The notes under the pieces are model-generated. The model had not been told where the DNA came from. It ran no database searches and worked only from the letters and a program-made list of their open reading frames with translations. A program made the position numbers and the translations under genes. A stretch of 64,000 nt of DNA from Abditibacterium sp. GTDB taxonomy: Bacteria > Armatimonadota > Abditibacteriia > Abditibacteriales > Abditibacteriaceae. The stretch lies in NCBI GenBank assembly GCA_965199495.1, contig CBDASK010000003.1, forward strand, positions 3,520,001 through 3,584,000. The letters run 5' to 3'. Each line of letters starts with the position of its first letter. The first letter of the stretch is position 1. Shown in pieces: positions 48,384 to 57,060 of this stretch.

Positions 48384-49622
48384 ATGCTCAATATATTCGC
48401 AAAACGTAAATTAGAAAAAGAACGACAAAAGTTGCAGGAAGAGCTGACGCGTTTAGTACCCACGAAAGGTGTTGGATGGTTTGACAATTATGAATTGGTG
48501 CTGATAAACCTGCGGGAAAAATTTCCTAACCAAATTACCGATGTCAGAGCGCTCTGCTGCGTGGTGGCCTATGGTATTTCCGATTTGATGTCGTTGCCTG
48601 AAAATATCATCGACGAATCGAAAACAATTGATTTGGTGCATTACATAAAGCAACATTCATTACCTGAAGAAACGGCGCAGTGGGCTATCATCTGTTGGGC
48701 TGATGTGCTGTCGCAATTGCCTCGCTCCAAACGCTATGAGATGGCACCCGAAATAAAAAAACGGGAAGAAGCGCAACGTCAGGCTAAGGCCGAGAGAGAA
48801 GTGCGTGAACGACAAGCTGAGGCTGAGAGAGAAGAGATCCGACGCCAAAATGCCATTGAAGCAAAGGAGCGTCCTCATCTTGTTGCATGTTGGAGGGCTG
48901 CTTTTGCCAGCGAAACTGCTGCTATTGAAAGGGCTGCTACGGTCGTCCAACAAGAAGCGATAAAGGTGGCAACAATCGCTGGACGTGCTGAGGCGGACCA
49001 GTTAATCGCCAGTAATTACTCTTGGGGATGGCAGGAGAGACATACGTTCACGGTATATGAGAAGGGTGGGTTTAGCGACTCAGAATCCATGAAACTATCA
49101 AAGGCCAGAGATGAAAAAGAGAAACGGGAAAAGGCTGGTGAGCGAAAAGCAGCTATCGAGCGCTTGGTAGAAAACAAAATTAGACAAGACAAAAACGCAG
49201 GTGATATACGACCTGTCGTAGATGATGAAATTTGGCGCCGAATTAAAGCGACGCCTGACCGAGCGGCACTTCACACCAAGTTGGAACAAGCTTGGCAGGA
49301 CAAACTTCAGCAAGACAAAATCGATGCTGAACAAAAGCGTGTTGAGGATGAGAAAAAGCGTGTCGAGGACGGACGTAAACGGGTATTGCAGCAGGAGCAA
49401 CAAAAAATCAAAGATCAAGAAGTTGCTCGCCAGCGTGTAATAGACGCCGAATATAACCGTAAGAAGATGGAGAGAGAAGCGGCAGAAAAGAAACTCGCCA
49501 AAATCCGGGATTACCGCAAGCAGTTCCCGTTGCGCTGTGCTGGAGTCAGCGATGATGAAGTCTGGAAACAGATTAATGCATCGTTAGCGGATGAATCCGA
49601 TGGCTATTCTGCGTTTGAATAG
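48384..49622 (+). CDS. Hypothetical protein with helical N-terminal domain and long charged coiled coils, atypical codon usage
   Basis: SD ggagg; 412-aa ORF; E/K/R/Q-rich; EETAQWAIICWADVL helix. Confidence 0.75.
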   Translation: MLNIFAKRKLEKERQKLQEELTRLVPTKGVGWFDNYELVLINLREKFPNQITDVRALCCVVAYGISDLMSLPENIIDESKTIDLVHYIKQHSLPEETAQWAIICWADVLSQLPRSKRYEMAPEIKKREEAQRQAKAEREVRERQAEAEREEIRRQNAIEAKERPHLVACWRAAFASETAAIERAATVVQQEAIKVATIAGRAEADQLIASNYSWGWQERHTFTVYEKGGFSDSESMKLSKARDEKEKREKAGERKAAIERLVENKIRQDKNAGDIRPVVDDEIWRRIKATPDRAALHTKLEQAWQDKLQQDKIDAEQKRVEDEKKRVEDGRKRVLQQEQQKIKDQEVARQRVIDAEYNRKKMEREAAEKKLAKIRDYRKQFPLRCAGVSDDEVWKQINASLADESDGYSAFE

Positions 49623-49880
49623 CGCATCGCGTCGGCGTGGCTGCTTGAGTGTGGTGGGCGAAAGTGGGGCGCGGGCGAGAGATGGGGCGCCGTGAAATGT
49701 CGCGTCGGCCCGCTTCCGCGCGGGCGGACAATCGAAGCCGCAATCGCGCGATTGGCGCGCCGAGTTATCGCTTTGGTTCGAGGCGTTGTGACAGTAGCCA
49801 CGCCGAACGGTTGGAGAATGGCGAGAACCGCGATTGAAACGCTCGGATGGTGAAATCGAGGGCGAGTGCGTTCAGGCCAT

Positions 49881-50019
49881 CGAAGCCGCAAGCGCGCGAT
49901 TAGCGCGTTACGGAAGGAGCAAGTTGTCGCGCGGGTTCGAGGCGTTGTGTTGCCAAATGGGGCATGAGCCAATAGAACGCGATGTTAAAGTGGGGCGGTT
50001 TGATGAATAAATCGAGCGG
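49881..50019. repeat. ~135-bp direct repeat, copy 1 (partial third copy at ~49732-49790)
   Basis: cgaagccgcaagcgcgcgatt...gttcgaggcgt...ccaaatgg(g)gcatgagccaat...atcgagcgg also at 52187-52319. Confidence 0.8.
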
Positions 50020-50075
50020 GGTAAAGCGCGATGGGCGGCGGGGCGAGTCGCGGTTAATCGGGTATAATTTAGCTT

Positions 50076-50282
50076 ATGAATTTGCACATCGAAACCGAAC
50101 TTGAAGACGACGGGCGTTGGATTGCCGAAGTGCCGGAATTGCCCGGCGTTTTGGCTTACGGCGCAGACCGCGCGCGCGCCGTGGCTGCTGTTGAGGCGTT
50201 GGCTTTGCGCGTTATCGCCGAACGGTTGGAGAATGGCGAAGAGATGCCGGAGTTGGCGAATTTGTTCTTGGTGGCGGCTTAA
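50076..50282 (+). CDS. hicB: Type II TA antitoxin, HicB family (short form)
   Basis: EDDGRWIAEVPELPGVLAYG motif. Confidence 0.88.
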   Translation: MNLHIETELEDDGRWIAEVPELPGVLAYGADRARAVAAVEALALRVIAERLENGEEMPELANLFLVAA

Positions 50283-50491
50283 TGCAGTGGAAATCGGCCA
50301 AAGCGCGTCGCGTTTTGGCGGCGCTCATTCGCATCGGCTGGAGCGTTAAGAGGCAGAGCGGTTCGCACAAAACGTTGGAGCGCGCTGGTTGGGCGAACTA
50401 TACGTTTTCATTTCACGACAACGATGAGATTGGGCCGGTGATGTTGGGGCGTATTGCCAAACAAACGGGATTGACGCCCGATGATTTGTAA
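50282..50491 (+). CDS. hicA: Type II TA toxin, HicA family
   Basis: RIGW..KRQSGSHKTL, FHDNDEIGP..L..IAKQTGL; TAATG overlap. Confidence 0.88.
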   Translation: MQWKSAKARRVLAALIRIGWSVKRQSGSHKTLERAGWANYTFSFHDNDEIGPVMLGRIAKQTGLTPDDL

Positions 50492-50544
50492 TTTGCCGCG
50501 TTTGAAATTAGCGATTGAAACGTTTGGATGGTAAAATAGAAGCC

Positions 50545-50742
50545 ATGAGCGTTAAAGAAATCGAAGCGGCCATTGCGCAGTTGCCGCGTCACGAAATTAG
50601 CGAGTTATCGCGTTGGTTCGAGGAGTTCCAAAACCAAATGTGGGATGAGCAAATCGAACGCGACGTCAAGGCGGGGCGGTTCGACCAACTCATTGAGCAA
50701 GCCAAGGCCCAATATGCGGCGGGGCAGTGCAAGCCGTTATGA
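50545..50742 (+). CDS. Putative type II antitoxin
   Basis: MSVKEIEAAIAQLP...WDEQIERDVKAGRFD; ATGA overlap with the toxin-like frame. Confidence 0.75.
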   Translation: MSVKEIEAAIAQLPRHEISELSRWFEEFQNQMWDEQIERDVKAGRFDQLIEQAKAQYAAGQCKPL

Positions 50743-50993
50743 AGCATCGTGCCACGCCTGAATTACAGCAAATGTAGGCGAAGTTGCCGGTGAACATTCA
50801 GCAACTCGCCGATAGGAATTTCCAACTGCTCAAGGCTGACCCGCGACATCCGTCGTTGCATTTTAAGAAAATAGGTGGAATGTGGTCGGCGCGTGTCGGC
50901 GCCCATTATCGAGTGTTGGGCTTCGATGTTGATGACGGCGTTTTATGGTTTTGGATCGGTTCGCACGCAGAATACGATAAGATGATGCCGTGA
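50739..50993 (+). pseudogene. RelE/ParE-like toxin with premature TAG at codon 13
   Basis: MKHRATPELQQM*AKLP...DPRHPSLHFKK...WSARVG..YR...WFWIGSHAEYDK; TAG at 50775-50777. Confidence 0.8.
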
Positions 50994-51119
50994 TTCGGAA
51001 CAGCCAGCGAATTATTTCGCTGGCTGTTTCTCGTTCTATAGGTAGCCACGCCGACGAGTAATTGTAAACATGACTTGACTTTTGGGTGAATATGGGTGTA
51101 AATATGGGTGTTGCCCGTT

Positions 51120-52169
51120 ATGATTCGCACCGATACCATTTGTATTACGCCCGAAATTTTGGCGCTCGTTGCAGAAATTGATGAGTTCAAAGGCGCCTGG
51201 CGTGCCTTGGGATTGCTGGCGCCCGACCGTTTGCTGGCGTTGCGGCGCACGGCGACTATCGAGAGCATCGGTTCTTCGACGCGCATCGAAGGCAGTCGGC
51301 TTTCCGATAGCGAAGTCGAGCGATTGTTGACGGATTTGGATGTTCAAACGTTCGCTTCGCGCGACGAGCAGGAAGTCGCGGGTTATGCAGCGGCGATGGA
51401 GACGATTTTCGAGGCGTGGGACGAAATGATGGTGACGGAAAATCATATCAAGGGTTTGCATCAACAGCTTTTGTTGCATAGCGAAAAAGACGAGTGGCAT
51501 TGTGGCAACTACAAAAAGTTTCCCAATAGCGTGGCGGCGTTTGACGAAAATGGGCGGCAAATCGGCATCGTCTTCGAGACAGCCATGCCGTTCGAGACGC
51601 CGCGACGCATGGAAGAATTGGTGAGTTGGCTCAACCAAGCGCGCGAGGAAAAGCGGCTTCATCCGCTACTCCTTATCGCGGTATTTGCCGTCGTATTTCT
51701 GGAGATTCATCCGTTTCAAGACGGCAATGGCCGCTTGAGCCGAGTTTTGACGACGCTTTTGCTGCTGCAAGCGGGCTACGCTTATGTGCCGTATAGTTCG
51801 CTCGAAAGCGTGATCGAAAACTCGAAAGAAGGTTATTATCTGGCATTACGTCAAACGCAGGGCACGATTCGCACGGATTCTCCGAATTGGCAGCCGTGGC
51901 TCGGATTTTTCCTGCGCGCATTGCAAGGGCAAAAGCGGCGATTGTCCGCCAAAGTCGAACGCGAAAAGCTGGTTTTGGCGCCATTGCCGGAATTGTCGGC
52001 GCGCATTCTCGAAGAGGTCGGCGAGCAGGGACGCGTCACGATGGGCGAGATGATTCGGCTGACGGGCGCCAGTCGCAATACGCTCAAAGAACATTTTCGG
52101 CGTTTACTGGCGGCGGGGCAACTCGTTCAACACGGTTCCGGCAAAGCAACGTGGTATGGTTTGGCTTGA
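51120..52169 (+). CDS. Fic family protein with N-terminal autoinhibitory motif and C-terminal HTH
   Basis: Fic motif HPFQDGNGRLSR; SSTRIEG inhibitory motif; C-terminal wHTH-like region. Confidence 0.92.
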   Translation: MIRTDTICITPEILALVAEIDEFKGAWRALGLLAPDRLLALRRTATIESIGSSTRIEGSRLSDSEVERLLTDLDVQTFASRDEQEVAGYAAAMETIFEAWDEMMVTENHIKGLHQQLLLHSEKDEWHCGNYKKFPNSVAAFDENGRQIGIVFETAMPFETPRRMEELVSWLNQAREEKRLHPLLLIAVFAVVFLEIHPFQDGNGRLSRVLTTLLLLQAGYAYVPYSSLESVIENSKEGYYLALRQTQGTIRTDSPNWQPWLGFFLRALQGQKRRLSAKVEREKLVLAPLPELSARILEEVGEQGRVTMGEMIRLTGASRNTLKEHFRRLLAAGQLVQHGSGKATWYGLA

Positions 52170-52186
52170 TATTTTCATTTAATCGC

Positions 52187-52319
52187 CGAAGCCGCAAGCG
52201 CGCGATTGGCGCGTCACCAAAGGAGTGAGTCGTCGCGCCAGTTCGAGGCGTGGTGTCACCAAATGGGCATGAGCCAATCGAACGCGACGCCAAAGTAGCG
52301 GGTTCGATGGATCGAGCGG
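52187..52319. repeat. ~135-bp direct repeat, copy 2
   Basis: Colinear similarity to 49881-50019. Confidence 0.8.
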
Positions 52320-52339
52320 ACTAAAACGCAGGACGCAGC

Positions 52340-53980
52340 TTAACTGTCTGGCGGCGCGTTCATCGTGGCGGTTTGCACGCCGCGACGGTCGTTTTCGACG
52401 GCGAACGAGGCCAGCGTATAAATCGGTGCGTCGGGTTGCGCGACGGTCGTCACCATGCGCAAATCGGATAGCCATTTTTGATGATCGACGGTGCAGCGAA
52501 TGTAGCCACGGCGGTCGCCATCGAAAAATTTGATGTGCGGATTAAACGGCACAGCCGGGCCGTAATGCGCGCCGTAATCGTTGTGCGGGCCGCCGCTCGT
52601 CACCGAAGTGCAGAGAAACTCCGACGCGACCGTGGGCGATTTTGGATCGGAGAAATCCAGGTTCAAATCGTTGACGAACGTCGAATGCCAGTCGCCGGTA
52701 ATCACGATGGGATTGCGGATTTTACGGCTGTGCAGATGGCTCAAAATGCGGTTGCGCGCCGCCGGATAACCGTCCCACGCGTCTTGCCAGAACTTGGTTT
52801 CGTGGCCGCCGCTCAAGTCGAATTGCGCCATCAAAACCTGCTGCGCGATGACGTTCCAGCGCGCCTTCGATTGGTCTAAACCGGCCAACAACCAACGCTC
52901 TTGCTGCGGCCCAGCCATGGTGACGCGCGGATCGAGAGAGGCCGCGCAACGCGCGACTTCGCCGTGTCCGCACGGCGGCTGGCTGCGATATTGACGATTA
53001 TCCAAAACGCTCATTTCGGCCAAATCGCCCCAACTCAAACGCCGATACATCTGCGCATACGGCCCGCGCGGCAGCGAAGTCTTGCGCAACGGCAAATGCT
53101 CGTAAAACGCCTGATACGCCGCCGCGCGCCGCGCGAACAATCGCTCGGCTTCATACGCTTGCGAATTTGGATCGGTGTAGGGCGGGCCGCCCGCGTAATC
53201 GTCGGTGACATCGTGGTCGTCCCATGTCATAATCCACGGAAAACGCGCGTGCGCCGCCTGCAAATCGGGGTCGAGTTTGTAAAGCGCGTGCTGCAAACGA
53301 TATCGATCCAATGTCACCGTCGGCTCGCGAAATTCGGAAGGCAATTCGACGCCACGCACGCCGCCTTTGGCGTCAATGCCATATTCGTAGGTGTAATCGC
53401 CCAGAAAAACCACGAAATCCAAATCTTCGCGCGCCATGTTGCGGTAAGCCGAATAAAACCCGTCGCGCCAATCCTGACACGAAGCCATCGCGAAAACCAA
53501 TTTATCAACCGGCGCGCCCGGCGCCGGAGCGGTGCGCGTGCGGCCAATCGGGCTGGCGTATTTGCCCAAAATGAAGCGATAAAAATAGGTGCGCGCGGGC
53601 TGCAAATTTTCGACTTCGACGTGAACCGAATGCGCCAACTGTGCGCTGGCCAAAGCCGTCCCGCGTTGCACGACGTGGCCAAACGTTTCGTCGTCGGCGA
53701 TTTCCCATTGAACCGGCACTTCTTGGTTGGGCGCCATGCCGCCGTTTGGCTCAAACGGTTTGGGCGCGAGGCGCGTCCACAAAACCACGCCTGTCGGCAA
53801 CGGATCGCCCGATGCGACGCCGAGCGTAAACGGATTTTCATTCGGCAAATCGGCAGCGCGCGCATTTTCGCCGCCGACGTGGCTCCATGCGGCCAGCGCC
53901 AGCATCGAGCCGGAAAGTTGCAAAAAATGGCGGCGATTCAAGTGCGCCGTGGCTGCGGTTTCGAGGGACGATTTGCTCAT
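52340..53980 (-). CDS. phoD: Alkaline phosphatase D family, Tat-exported
   Basis: RRHFL Tat signal, FTLGVASGDP, ASCQ, LGDYTYE, WDDHD, TGDWH. Confidence 0.93.
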   Translation of the reverse strand: MSKSSLETAATAHLNRRHFLQLSGSMLALAAWSHVGGENARAADLPNENPFTLGVASGDPLPTGVVLWTRLAPKPFEPNGGMAPNQEVPVQWEIADDETFGHVVQRGTALASAQLAHSVHVEVENLQPARTYFYRFILGKYASPIGRTRTAPAPGAPVDKLVFAMASCQDWRDGFYSAYRNMAREDLDFVVFLGDYTYEYGIDAKGGVRGVELPSEFREPTVTLDRYRLQHALYKLDPDLQAAHARFPWIMTWDDHDVTDDYAGGPPYTDPNSQAYEAERLFARRAAAYQAFYEHLPLRKTSLPRGPYAQMYRRLSWGDLAEMSVLDNRQYRSQPPCGHGEVARCAASLDPRVTMAGPQQERWLLAGLDQSKARWNVIAQQVLMAQFDLSGGHETKFWQDAWDGYPAARNRILSHLHSRKIRNPIVITGDWHSTFVNDLNLDFSDPKSPTVASEFLCTSVTSGGPHNDYGAHYGPAVPFNPHIKFFDGDRRGYIRCTVDHQKWLSDLRMVTTVAQPDAPIYTLASFAVENDRRGVQTATMNAPPDS

Positions 53981-54011
53981 GTTAATGAAGTGTTTGGCAA
54001 AAATTCCGAGT

Positions 54012-55025
54012 TCAGCGCGCCGCTTTTTCGCGCGGTTTGACCAACAGATACGCCGCCAGCGCCAAAGCCGTCAGCGCGGCGAATGCCATTTTAAAATTGG
54101 GCGAAATATCGGCGGGCGTGATAAAACCCTCGATGAGTCCGGCGATGACCAGCAAAGCTGCCACGCCCGCCATGAGTTGCGCGGCTTCGCCTCCGGCGAG
54201 TTTGAGCGCGTCGCGGCGCGGCAAATCGCCGGGCGCGAAAATCGCGCGCGCGATGACGAATCCCGCGCCGCCCGCGATGGCAATCGCCGAAAGTTCGATG
54301 ATGCCATGCGGCAAAATCACGCTCCAAAACAGGTAATCCACGTTATTATTGGAAGCGACCGCTGCCAAGCTGCCGACCATCAGGCCGTTTTGAATCAATA
54401 CCAAACCGGTTCCCAAGCCCGCCGTGACGCCCAGCGCGACGGCTAACATCGAAACGCGAATGTTGTTGGTCATGATGAACCCCGAAATCGCGGGCGATTC
54501 GACGACGCCTTTATAGGAAGTGTTGCCGCCCCAACCGGTCGTTAATTTCTTTTGCGCGCGCTCTTCGACGGTTTTGACGACCTCGTCGGGCAAAAACAAT
54601 CGCGTATCGGCGGCGTTGCTCCACACGGCGATGTAAGCAGCCACGGCGGGGGCATACATCAAAATCGCGGCGAACATAATGGTGCGCCAGTGACGGCGAA
54701 ACGCGGCGGGAAATCCGAAAAACAGCCAATCAAAAGCGGCTCTGGGCGCCGAATTCGCGGCGGGCGCGGCATAAATCTGGGCGTGCGCGCGCCGCACCAG
54801 AGCGTTGAGTGTGCGCACCAATTCCTGTCCGGCCAAAGTCGAATTGTAGCGCGTCTGGGCGCGCGCCAAATCCGCCGAGGTGCGGCGATAGAGCGTGCCC
54901 ATTTCGTGCAGCTCGTCGTTGGAGAGCGCGTTTTGGCGCGCGCTCTGGGCGCGATCTACCAAATCTTCGAGGCGCTCCCACGCGTCGCGGCGAGAGCGCA
55001 CAAATTGTTCAGGCGTGCGGGGCAT
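54012..55025 (-). CDS. Stage II sporulation protein M family (DUF95) membrane protein
   Basis: LYRRTSADLA, IMTNNIRV, ILPHGIIEL, AGLIEGFITP. Confidence 0.88.
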   Translation of the reverse strand: MPRTPEQFVRSRRDAWERLEDLVDRAQSARQNALSNDELHEMGTLYRRTSADLARAQTRYNSTLAGQELVRTLNALVRRAHAQIYAAPAANSAPRAAFDWLFFGFPAAFRRHWRTIMFAAILMYAPAVAAYIAVWSNAADTRLFLPDEVVKTVEERAQKKLTTGWGGNTSYKGVVESPAISGFIMTNNIRVSMLAVALGVTAGLGTGLVLIQNGLMVGSLAAVASNNNVDYLFWSVILPHGIIELSAIAIAGGAGFVIARAIFAPGDLPRRDALKLAGGEAAQLMAGVAALLVIAGLIEGFITPADISPNFKMAFAALTALALAAYLLVKPREKAAR

Positions 55026-55165
55026 TGGGAAAATTGTAGGCGAAAAAGGTTAAGATTGCGCCCGTTTTTTTTGCTCTCAGGCAGTTCTTAATTGACGGAT
55101 GGCGCAATTGAGATTAGCCTTTATGCGTCCTCGCCAAGTTTACCTTTGAACGGTGGGCGCGTTTT

Positions 55166-55831
55166 ATGGAATTTTTTCACGATTTGCACAGCCCCGACGG
55201 TTTGCAAAAACTCATTGCGGCGGGCGGCCCGTTGCTGCTGTGCGCCATTATCTTCGCCGAAACCGGTTTGCTCGTCGGTTTCTTTTTGCCGGGTGATTCG
55301 CTTTTGTTCATCGCCGGATTTTACGTCGCCAGCACGGGCACGATCTCTATGCCGCTATTAATGGTTATGCTGAGCGCCGCCGCCGTTATCGGCGATACGG
55401 TCGGCTATTTTATCGGGCGCAAAGCCGGGCCAGCGATCTTTTCGCGGCCCGATAGCCGGTTTTTCAAGCGTAAACATCTGGACAGCGCGCACGAATTTTA
55501 CGAAAAACACGGCCCCAAAACCATCGTTTTGGCGCGTTTCGTTCCCATCGTGCGCACCTTTGCGCCCACCGTGGCTGGTGCGGCTGGCATGAATTATCGC
55601 CAGTTCATCGTCTATAATATCATGGGCGGCATCGGCTGGATTTGCTCGATGCTGTTGCTCGGATACTTTCTGGGCGGCATTCCGATTATCCAGAAAAATC
55701 TGGAGAAAGCCGTGATTGGCATTGTGATCCTCTCGATTTTACCGATGATTTTGCACGCGATTAAAGAACGCAAAAGCAAGCCCACAACAGTTGCAACGGA
55801 ACGCGAGTCGAAAGTGACGTTGGGAAAATAG
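55166..55831 (+). CDS. DedA/VTT family membrane protein
   Basis: FAETGLLVGFFLPGDSLLF, GDTVGYFIGR, ARFVPIVRTFAP. Confidence 0.93.
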   Translation: MEFFHDLHSPDGLQKLIAAGGPLLLCAIIFAETGLLVGFFLPGDSLLFIAGFYVASTGTISMPLLMVMLSAAAVIGDTVGYFIGRKAGPAIFSRPDSRFFKRKHLDSAHEFYEKHGPKTIVLARFVPIVRTFAPTVAGAAGMNYRQFIVYNIMGGIGWICSMLLLGYFLGGIPIIQKNLEKAVIGIVILSILPMILHAIKERKSKPTTVATERESKVTLGK

Positions 55832-55832
55832 C

Positions 55833-55861
55833 TTGACGTGGCGTGCGGTTTGTTTTATAAT
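55833..55861 (+). promoter_or_regulatory. Near-consensus sigma70 promoter
   Basis: TTGACG (55833-55838), 17-bp spacer, TATAAT (55856-55861). Confidence 0.8.
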
Positions 55862-55940
55862 TACTTGGCCCGGACGGAGACAGATTTCAATTTAACCCAT
55901 CGATGACAATTCAAGCGACAACTAAAAAAGGAGCCTCAAT

Positions 55941-56039
55941 TTGAGTTCAGACAAGAAAAAGCACAAGCGCAAAGTGAAAACTCACTGGATGAAAAAGCGC
56001 CGTCGCGCTCAGCGAGCTTTGCGCCGTCGTGGCCGCTAA
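55941..56039 (+). CDS. 32-aa basic peptide, bS22 / AURKAIP1-COX24 (DUF1713)-like small ribosomal protein candidate
   Basis: SD aaggag, TTG start, MSSDKKKHKRKVKTHWMKKRRRAQRALRRRGR*; below the ORF-track cutoff. Confidence 0.75.
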   Translation: MSSDKKKHKRKVKTHWMKKRRRAQRALRRRGR

Positions 56040-56131
56040 GCCTTTTTAGCACCAAACTCGCGTAAACCACTTTTTAGGCGCGAGTCGAGATTTCATCCGG
56101 GGCCACAGCTTGCAAATCAACAATCATCGGT

Positions 56132-56170
56132 AAAAAAGCGGCGCATCCATTTTCGGGATGCGCCGCTTTT
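56132..56170 (+). terminator. Rho-independent terminator
   Basis: aaaaaagcggcgcatcc-attttcg-ggatgcgccgctttt. Confidence 0.8.
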
Positions 56171-56188
56171 GCTTGACGGCTTTGTTTC

Positions 56189-56267
56189 TCCAACAGAACC
56201 CGGAGCGGAAGCGACGCGGCTTGAATGCTGAATCAGCCGCGTCGCTTCCGCTCCGGGTTCTGTTGGA
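56189..56267. repeat. REP-like doublet with 33-bp perfect arms
   Basis: tccaacagaacccggagcggaagcgacgcggct / agccgcgtcgcttccgctccgggttctgttgga. Confidence 0.9.
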
Positions 56268-56299
56268 AATTTTACGTCTTTACTTCCCCATCGGTTATT

Positions 56300-57028
56300 A
56301 TGTCAACCGCATTAACTTCCGGCACTTTATGGGTTTGCGCCACGCCCATCGGCCATCTCGATGACGTTTCGCCGCGCCTGTTGCAAACGCTGCGCGAAGT
56401 CGCGTGTATTTGCGCCGAAGATACGCGTCACACCGGCAAACTGTTGGCGCGCTTCGAGATCAAGACGCCGCAAACTTCGGTTCACGAGCATACTTCGCCC
56501 GCCAAAATCGCGGTTTTGGTAGAGCGTTTGCAAAACGGCGAAAGCATGGCTTTGGTCACCGATGCGGGCACGCCGGGCGTTTCCGATCCGGGGCCAGTTT
56601 TGGTGCAAGCGGCAGCCACGGCGGGCGTTGTGGTTTCGCCAATTCCAGGCCCGTGCGCGCTCGTGGCGGCTTTGTCGGTATCGGGATTCGACGCGCAACG
56701 CTTCAGTTTTCTGGGTTTCTTACCGCGCAAACCGGGCAAAATTCGCAAAGCGTTCGTCGCGGCATTCGAGCGCGACGAGACGTTTATCTTCTACGAATCG
56801 CCGTTTCGCATCGCCAAAACGTTAGAGTTTTTGGGCGAAGTCGCGCCTGATGTGCGCGTGTGCGCGTGCCGCGAAATCACCAAGCATTTCGAGGAAACTC
56901 TGCGCGGAACGCCGCTTAAAATCGCCGCAAATTTGCGCGCGCGCAAAGAGGTCAAGGGCGAATTCGCTGTTGTTGTGCAAGCGAGTGAAAGCGTCGCGGT
57001 AAATGACGAAAACGCCGACGATGAATAA
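56300..57028 (+). CDS. rsmI: 16S rRNA (cytidine1402-2'-O)-methyltransferase
   Basis: ATPIGHLDD, AEDTR, DAGTPGVSDPG, PIPGP, YESPFR, REITKHFEE. Confidence 0.95.
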   Translation: MSTALTSGTLWVCATPIGHLDDVSPRLLQTLREVACICAEDTRHTGKLLARFEIKTPQTSVHEHTSPAKIAVLVERLQNGESMALVTDAGTPGVSDPGPVLVQAAATAGVVVSPIPGPCALVAALSVSGFDAQRFSFLGFLPRKPGKIRKAFVAAFERDETFIFYESPFRIAKTLEFLGEVAPDVRVCACREITKHFEETLRGTPLKIAANLRARKEVKGEFAVVVQASESVAVNDENADDE

Positions 57029-57060
57029 AGATCGTCGGCGTTTGCATTTCCAGTTCACGC

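Noticed and set aside
36793..50777. Stop-codon recoding (Sec/Pyl or alternative code) to explain the two internal stops
   Set aside because: One is TGA and one is TAG, both terminate many normal genes here, and neither lies at a catalytic position.
49732..52319. Integron attC sites around the TA genes
   Set aside because: No clear RYYYAAC...GTTRRRY boundaries or attC hairpin, and no integrase in the window.
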